From: Octopus sinensis
Taxonomy: Eukaryota
Assembly: GCF_006345805.1 (NCBI RefSeq)
Contig: NC_043000.1
Span: forward strand, 58,404,001 to 58,468,000
DNA length: 64,000 nt
Direction: 5' to 3'
Below, piece after piece: positions 56,927 to 64,000 of the stretch (positions within the stretch are counted from its first letter, which is position 1; each line of letters opens with the position of its first letter). Below the pieces are notes generated by a model. That model was not told the DNA's origin, did no database searches, and worked only from the letters and a program-made list of their open reading frames with translations. The position numbers and the translations under genes were made by a program.

Positions 56927-57218
56927 CAGTGTTACTCAAAGTGGTGGTCCGCAGACTGTTGCCGGTCCATGAGCCATCAGCTACCGGTACATGGCAAGTT
57001 TCCAGAAAAGAAACATTATAAAATGCTTATGTAATATTGTATTATTTGTTTACAAAATATATATAAGATGAAAAAAAATTGTCAACTTTTATTATATTCA
57101 TTTTATATATATTGTTTCTGGTATAAATTAATATTACTAAGAAATATTACCAGTCCCTGGCACATTGGAATTAAAAAAAACTGCTGGTACACTGCATCAC
57201 ATAGTTTGAGAAGCACTG
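56927..57218. mobile_element. hAT (Charlie-type) MITE
   Basis: TIRs CAGTGTTACTCAAA / TTTGAGAAGCACTG; 8-bp TSD atttatag / atctatag. Confidence 0.85.
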
Positions 57219-57499
57219 ATCTATAGGATGAACCAACTTTGTTTCCCCTCCCTGCACCTACCACCACCACCACCACCATCACCAGCCCTGCTATCTATCA
57301 CTAATTAATCACTGATGTTAGTGGGGAGAATAAAAAGCATGGGAAGGTGAGATGTATTACATAAGGGTCGGGTGGGTAGGAGGTGGTTTCTGGATGGTGA
57401 AATAGGTTGGGATGAAATGTCTGAGATTCAAGGAAGCAGAGGGGAGTGTATGTGTGTGTGTGTTGGTGCTGGTTGGGGGGAACTTAAAGTTAAGGATGC

Positions 57500-58460
57500 T
57501 TCCCCTAACAGCTGCTACTTCTACTACTGCGGTTAAGGAAACTACAACAGCTGTTAGTAACCACTACAACTGCAACTAATATTCTATTACAACTACTAAC
57601 ACCATAACCACTACTACTACTACTACTTCTAGTAGTAGTAGTAGTACTACTACTACTACTACTACTACCTGTGAGTAATTTGAGGTGATACCAGCTCTCT
57701 TTAGGTATAAATACTAGGTCACATGACCACAATATTCAATCAACTATTATAGCACACTGCATTATCACTTGCACAACAATTCTTATTTCACCTCCCCCTC
57801 CTCCTACTCCCGTATTACTCTATCTCTCTCTGCCTCCCTCCTCCCCTCATCTCTGCCATTTACTGTCACCTATGTCACTATTACTACTGCTGCTGTTGCT
57901 GGTACTGCAGCTGTAACTACTACTACTATTACTGCTACAATTAATACTATAACTGTTAGTGCTGCTACTACATCTGTTGCTGCTGCTACCACTACTGCTG
58001 CTCAATCACTACTGCTACGGCTAGTCTTAGTGTCTGAGTAATAGACAGTGTAATATGTTGGAGGAGGGAAGCATAGTTGGTTGGGGACAGCGGGGAGAGG
58101 GTAAAGTTGGCATTAATTACAGTCAGTCCTGAAGGTGTTCCTGGTTCTTTGTGATCAGCTTGGCTAACATTGCAGCAGCAGCAGCAGTAGTAGTTGTTGT
58201 AACAGAAGCGACAGCAGCAGCAGTTGTAAAAACAGCAGCGGTAGTAGCAGAGATGTAGTTCTTCATGCAGGCAAGCCAGCAGGAATATGGTAGCAGTTCT
58301 TGGAAAAAGTCAAATGAAGATGAACACATCTTAGCAGCAGCAGCAGCAGTAGCAGCAGCAGCGATAACAACAACACTATTATTATCATTATTATTAGCAG
58401 TGATAACAACATAAGAAGCAGCAGCAGCAGTCATAACTCCAGTAACAATAACAACAGTAG
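57500..58460. repeat. Degenerate trinucleotide low-complexity region (CTA/TAG, GCT/CAG)
   Basis: Direct reading. Confidence 0.85.
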
Positions 58461-58494
58461 AAATGTGTGAGTAAGTAAGGTTATTATCATTCAT

Positions 58495-58526
<32 letters not shown>

Positions 58527-59767
58527 GTATGTATGTATGTATATATATTTCATATATATATAATATAAAAGCATGCACAAACCTTTTTTTTTTTACAATG
58601 GAGTTTTCAACTAGCTCTTGAAATTTTTGCTTCAATGCTTTAATTTGTGTAAAGCATTATATTCATATTTTTAGGAAAAAATTCAAATTGAAAGACTATT
58701 AGACACAGACGATTATTAGATTCTAGTAAATTCCTCTCCCTTTAGCATCATTTACTTTCTTCTTTTCTTCTCAGTTGTTTGGGTAAGTGATTCCTCTTAA
58801 CTTGACTTCCAATCCATTTTCTCTCACTTCTGCTGTTTGCTGTATATTTTTTTTCCTGGTTTCTCTCTATGTATGTTTGTGTTCTGTGTGTGTGTGTGTG
58901 TTTATACATTTATACATACACATAGGCACATGAGAATATCTATTTATTGCTTTCCTTTCTGCTCTTTATATAATATTTTTTATTAAAATTAAAGGTCTCC
59001 AAGCTCTTAAACCATCTGTACAGAAGACATGTAAAGATGGTTCATTAAGTTGTTATGATTTGACTTCTTAGACAAACCTACTTTGTCTTTGACTGCTCCC
59101 TATGACCTGCAACAAATGGTAAAATATTGTTAGATAGGAGACTTGACTATACTACAACTAATTTATAATCCCGCTCTTCAGAGTTCAAATCCTGTTAAAG
59201 TAGTCGGCTTCTGTTGTCTCCATTCAGGAGGTGATGAGAGTGAGGGGTGGTGGAAAGAAGAAAAAAAATAAGTAACAGTAATATACTAGGGTTGATTTAC
59301 TTGATTGTAACCCTCTCCTACCTACAATATTTGCATCTAATAAAACGAAAATGATAGCACTTGAACTGTCTATAAGATTTAACTGCCAAATTCTTGCCAC
59401 ATTTCTTTGTTTTCATTATTCTTTACTATTATTTTCTCGTTCATACTTAGATTTTTAATTACAATATTCCTTACTGTATGTGCTAAAGCTTTGTTTTGTA
59501 TCTTTTTCATCTGTTATGAACAGGTGTTTCACTCCTCCCCTCTCTCTTTCTCTAAGTAAGTCTTTCTCTCTCGCTCTCTCTGTCTCTCACTGTCTCTCCT
59601 CTTCCTCTCCATCTTACATTGTTATACTTTATGTTTACAGCTGTATGCTCTGCTTTCTCTGTACAACTAACCCAGACAATTATGATTTCTGTAAACTTGA
59701 TATTTTACACTTACATACATGTAGGTACATACATGCATGCTTATAAACAACCTTCATAGTAACAATT

Positions 59768-59810
<43 letters not shown>

Positions 59811-60138
59811 CATGTATCTTCTCATCACTCCTATTTTGCAGTAAATCTCTACTTCTTGATTGTATTGGTTGCTTTCCGAATTGCTTTATCCACAGCTAAG
59901 ATTCCTGGTTGTCATATTCTACTACTCTATCAATATAGATAGAATAAACTTACATCACTCATTTGATTTAAGTTGCTTCTTTTGAAAATGATTTCTTCAT
60001 CACTACCTGATCATTCTTATGTAACTTTGCTGTAAATACTTCTAGGAATGTTTGTTTGTGATGTAGATAGATAGATAGATAGATAGATATACAGATAGAC
60101 ATATAGATAGACATATAGATAGACATATAGATAGACAT

Positions 60139-60176
<38 letters not shown>

Positions 60177-60229
60177 TACTTGTTAGTTCTGATGTATCCT
60201 TCTCAGAATTCAGCTATTGTGGATAATGC

Positions 60230-60277
<48 letters not shown>

Positions 60278-61111
60278 ATACATAATACATAATAGTATAA
60301 TATAATACAATACATAGTAATGCATCAAATAAATTTTTGTAACAGTTTTTCTAAAAAATTTTTTAGCTTCTATGTATCATTATTCTTCAGTTTATTTTTT
60401 TTTCTATCTCTCCTCTGGCTGGTATTAGGCTTGTTTTCTTTCTTTCTTTTTTTCTTTAAAGTAAAATTTTTAGTTTGTAACATCGAAAGTGATGTGATTG
60501 ACTACATGGTGATAATACTTACCATTAACTTCTTTGTTTATCATCATTATTATTTGTAAATACTTCTAAAGAATGATTCAACTTATTAGATATATTGCTT
60601 TTTATGTTAAAAGCATCTCCATTAATGGCATTATGCTGTCCTATATTCTATAATATTGATTCTATAAGACCTTCTATTATAAATAACTAAGTAACATTCT
60701 TCAGTGTGCTGAATGCATATTATATTATAGCTTTTGAATCTAATGTTTTTTGGACATTTTTTTTTCTTGAGAACAAAAATCCTTAGATATAAAATGAATT
60801 CTTTTAGGTTTTATTTCATTTTTCTAAGGATTACTCTAAGTATTCTTTTATTCTAAAAGTATATATAAACTCATTTCAAGAATTAAGCTGTGGCTATGCT
60901 GGAGCATCGTTTTAGTGGATTTGTTTTGTTGATTGTATCAACTTGAATACTTTGTTAGGTATTTATGTTTATCATCCTCATAAGGTGCTGCAGTAAAGTT
61001 GATGTGAGCACAAAAGGATGTTACAGGAATGTAATCAAATAACACAGGGTATTTTTAACATATTGTGTGTGTGTATGTATGTATGTCTATCTATCTATCT
61101 ATCTATCTATC

Positions 61112-61147
<36 letters not shown>

Positions 61148-61260
61148 ATATATACACAAACACTCACACACATATGTATAAATACATACATATATGTATA
61201 ATATTTATATATACATTCTTACATTTATATTTATATATAAGTATACATACACATTATGCA

Positions 61261-61322
<62 letters not shown>

Positions 61323-62819
61323 CATACAGCCATGACTGTACTTATATATTACACTATAAATAAAAGTACCTTTTGCTGACTGTTTCTTGTGACCATTATT
61401 ATTAATTGACATGGTAGTTAGAGATTTGGCTAAATTGCCCTATTTTATTTAGTTATAGTCTTTTATATTGCAAGTTATCAAAAAGGCTGCTGAAGTTGAC
61501 TTTGCTTTTTATCCTTTAAGGGTTGTATAATAATAAGTACTTGACAGAAACTATCTAGTACTGATACAACACTGACCTTCCGGACCCTGATGGTCCAGAA
61601 CCTCTTATAACCCACACTAATTCATGAGCAGGAACTTCAAATTCTTGGAGCTACCAGACTAGTGTACTGGGTGATCCTGTTTCACAGTACCATGTACAGG
61701 TACTTGTGTTTAATTTAATTATCTAAGTAAATTTAATATTTGTTTAATTTAGAGGTGACCACCCCAGGTTTGGAACTAATTGTTCCAGAAAATTGATGTT
61801 GTATATATGATTATAATTCAACTATGCCAGTGTCCAAAATTTGAAGCCTTGGACCTAAATTTGAAACTAAATTATAAACCATTATTGTCAAAGTAAAGCA
61901 GTAGAATCTGAAATCATTATGCCAAATATTGCTTGGGGACCACACAAACCTCACAATTTAGCTGTTTTCTTCTCATACATAGATCTATGAATTCATTAAT
62001 TTTTCAAACTTTATTTCTTGAGAATAAATGTTTTTACAATATTTACATCTGCACCATGTTCTGATTGATTCGGTTTCCAATCTTCTTTAGGCTTCTTCAA
62101 CTTATTAATGATGTTAGATTAATAATCTGAAAATTTATAATTGTACTAACAAAATCAGATTCTTTTAGACATATTTGGTTTTGGCTTTGCAGAATATTGT
62201 GATCACTGATTGGATCCATTTTACTTCAATTATATCATTTATATTAGAAAAACAGAAAAACAACTGTACACTAGAATTTTAAAAAAAACAAAGCTTTAAA
62301 AATCTAAGCAAATTAGAATTAGAAATTTCAGTTCAAATTTTATCCCTGCTACTTTTCTTTTCTTCTAATTTAAAATTTCAGAATGATATAAAGTTGATGC
62401 TCTCATAAACTGAAACAAATCCTGTGGTGAATAAAATTAAAATATGTTTTTAAAATGAAACTGAAATTAAAACTTAAATCAATTTTTATTGAAGTTTTAA
62501 TTTCAAAGGAAATATTCCCTCTTGGCTTTAGTTTCAATATTGAGTTTATGTTCTGATAGCAATTTTTTTTTTTTCTGCATTTAATTCTGGTTAAGAAAAC
62601 TTAATTTTATTAGTTTGAAATTTCTAATCATATAGAAACCAAAGAAAAATATCTAAAGATAAAGTTCTTTTGTTCTGCTTCCATGTCAAGATGTTTGACA
62701 TGAAATTGTATATCAAAACTAGATCATGCATCTTGATAGTGACTTTAGCCATTTATAAATACATCTTCTAGTGACTGCATCTGAGTTGTATTTTGCCACA
62801 AAACCCCAAGAAGCTTAGT

Positions 62820-64000
62820 CCCCCCCCCCACTATTAACTTTGGTAGGTCCTTAGATTCATCTTATGTTTCTCTGCCAACAACATCAATGTAGTTTAGTGG
62901 TCTTCATCTTCTCTCAGGGTGTGGAAGTTTCCAAAGTATGGCATCAAATTATGGCTTCTTTTTTGTTAAGTATTTAAGCAATGGTCAGCAAATCCTATCT
63001 TGCATTGAACAAAAATAGTAGGAATTGGTAGAATGTACCCATAAATCTCATTTTTGGTTTAATTTGATTTTGATGCTCCTTCATCAGAGTTCAGGTTTCA
63101 ACTCCATAGAGAAGAATGTTCTCTACACATGCCCTGAAGAAGACCAGGTCTTATTGACTTTGTGCTGTTTGATTCCTAGATATTCAGAAGTTTGTTGCAA
63201 TACCCCAGGCTTATCCCTTACTTTCTTACAGTACTTTCAGCAACATAGGATTCAACCCTTTTGTTACCATATCTCTGAATTACACTGATTTTGTTTCAAT
63301 TAATTTTGAAAATAATGAAGAATTTTGTAAAAATAACTGTCATTGTTAAGCTAATATTCAGAACATAAATTAGCAAGAAATTTTTTTTATGAAAGTGTTA
63401 ATTTAGATCACATTAACCCTTTAGCATTCATATTCTGTCAAATGTAATACATATTTATTCACATTCTTTTGAGTTCATCATGCATTATCTCATTGCTTTA
63501 AGATTTCAATGATGTGACTTTACTTTAAAACTGACATTGTCAGATAGGTGTGAGAGGCTGGATCTGACCAGTTTGAACATAAAGAAGGTAGAATATTTGG
63601 GTCGGATATGGCCAGTTTAAATGCTAAAGGGTTAAAACAAGGAGTTTGTACCATAGAACTAGGCAGATTGGTTTCAAAATGATCAAGGTATTTGAAACTT
63701 TTGACTCTCTTGAGTTGGGTGCCATCATTCAAACAAATTGGCAGCTGACTTCCATTTTCATTGATGGCCATGTATCCTGTCATCTTTGTATTGAGAAACA
63801 GGTCAACTTTAGTTGCAGTATCCTCAAGGAATAATCACAAGTCTTGTGCATCACATGGTTGATGAGCCATGAGGGGAAAATCATCAACATAATCACTATC
63901 AGAGATACAAGCTCTGCTGTTGTTTTGATTGCTTCAGCTTGATGATGAGATCTTTGGATTGGATCAAAACATTGACTAAGGATGTGGTCCACTTACAATC
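62820..64000 (-). mobile_element. RTE-clade LINE RT fragment interrupted by a piggyBac-like MITE
   Basis: Minus strand: DSDYVDDFPLMAH, LNTKMTGYM, LKRVKSFKYL, FFRACVENILLYGVET*TL, ILWKLPHPERR*RPLNYIDVV. Confidence 0.8.
63413..63635. mobile_element. TTAA-flanked piggyBac-like MITE
   Basis: TTAACCCTTTAGCATT...AATGCTAAAGGGTTAA. Confidence 0.85.

Noticed and set aside
57505-58635. Ala/Thr/Ser-rich ORFs
   Set aside because: Products of trinucleotide low-complexity DNA, open on both strands.
45732-64000. Fourth coding exon (expected phase 0, LLFCDxCDxGxH-like)
   Set aside because: Not found by eye. Candidates at ~59641 (CMLCFLC) and ~62195 lack the motif, so it is probably beyond the window.

Overview
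AT-rich, microsatellite- and SINE-dense animal genomic DNA. The repeat families and decayed C2H2 array look like Octopus (inference from recalled repeat content). One host gene is supported, on the + strand: a chromatin regulator with an N-terminal SAMD1/KAT6-type winged-helix domain, a long Asn/Ser/Thr-rich linker and a KAT6/DPF-type double PHD finger. Three coding exons join in frame (16315-17745, 41082-41232, 45619-45731; 565 codons). The next exon was not found, so the gene probably continues past the window. The rest is mostly mobile DNA: a full-length dead Tigger transposon, hAT remnants, several MITEs, two Penelope-like elements, Jockey-, CR1-, Tx1- and RTE-type LINE fragments, Helitron-like elements, many SINEs and a ~5.3 kb (TA)n satellite. 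The main unexpected find is a structurally intact minimal type I hammerhead ribozyme (minus strand, 25362-25403, U3-A8 covariant core) inside a 345-bp tandem monomer resembling a retrozyme or Penelope pseudo-LTR. A second, decayed hammerhead lies in an unrelated ~352-bp unit at 3.2-3.56 kb. Family names were assigned by eye from recalled motifs; no searches were run, and most repeat boundaries are approximate.
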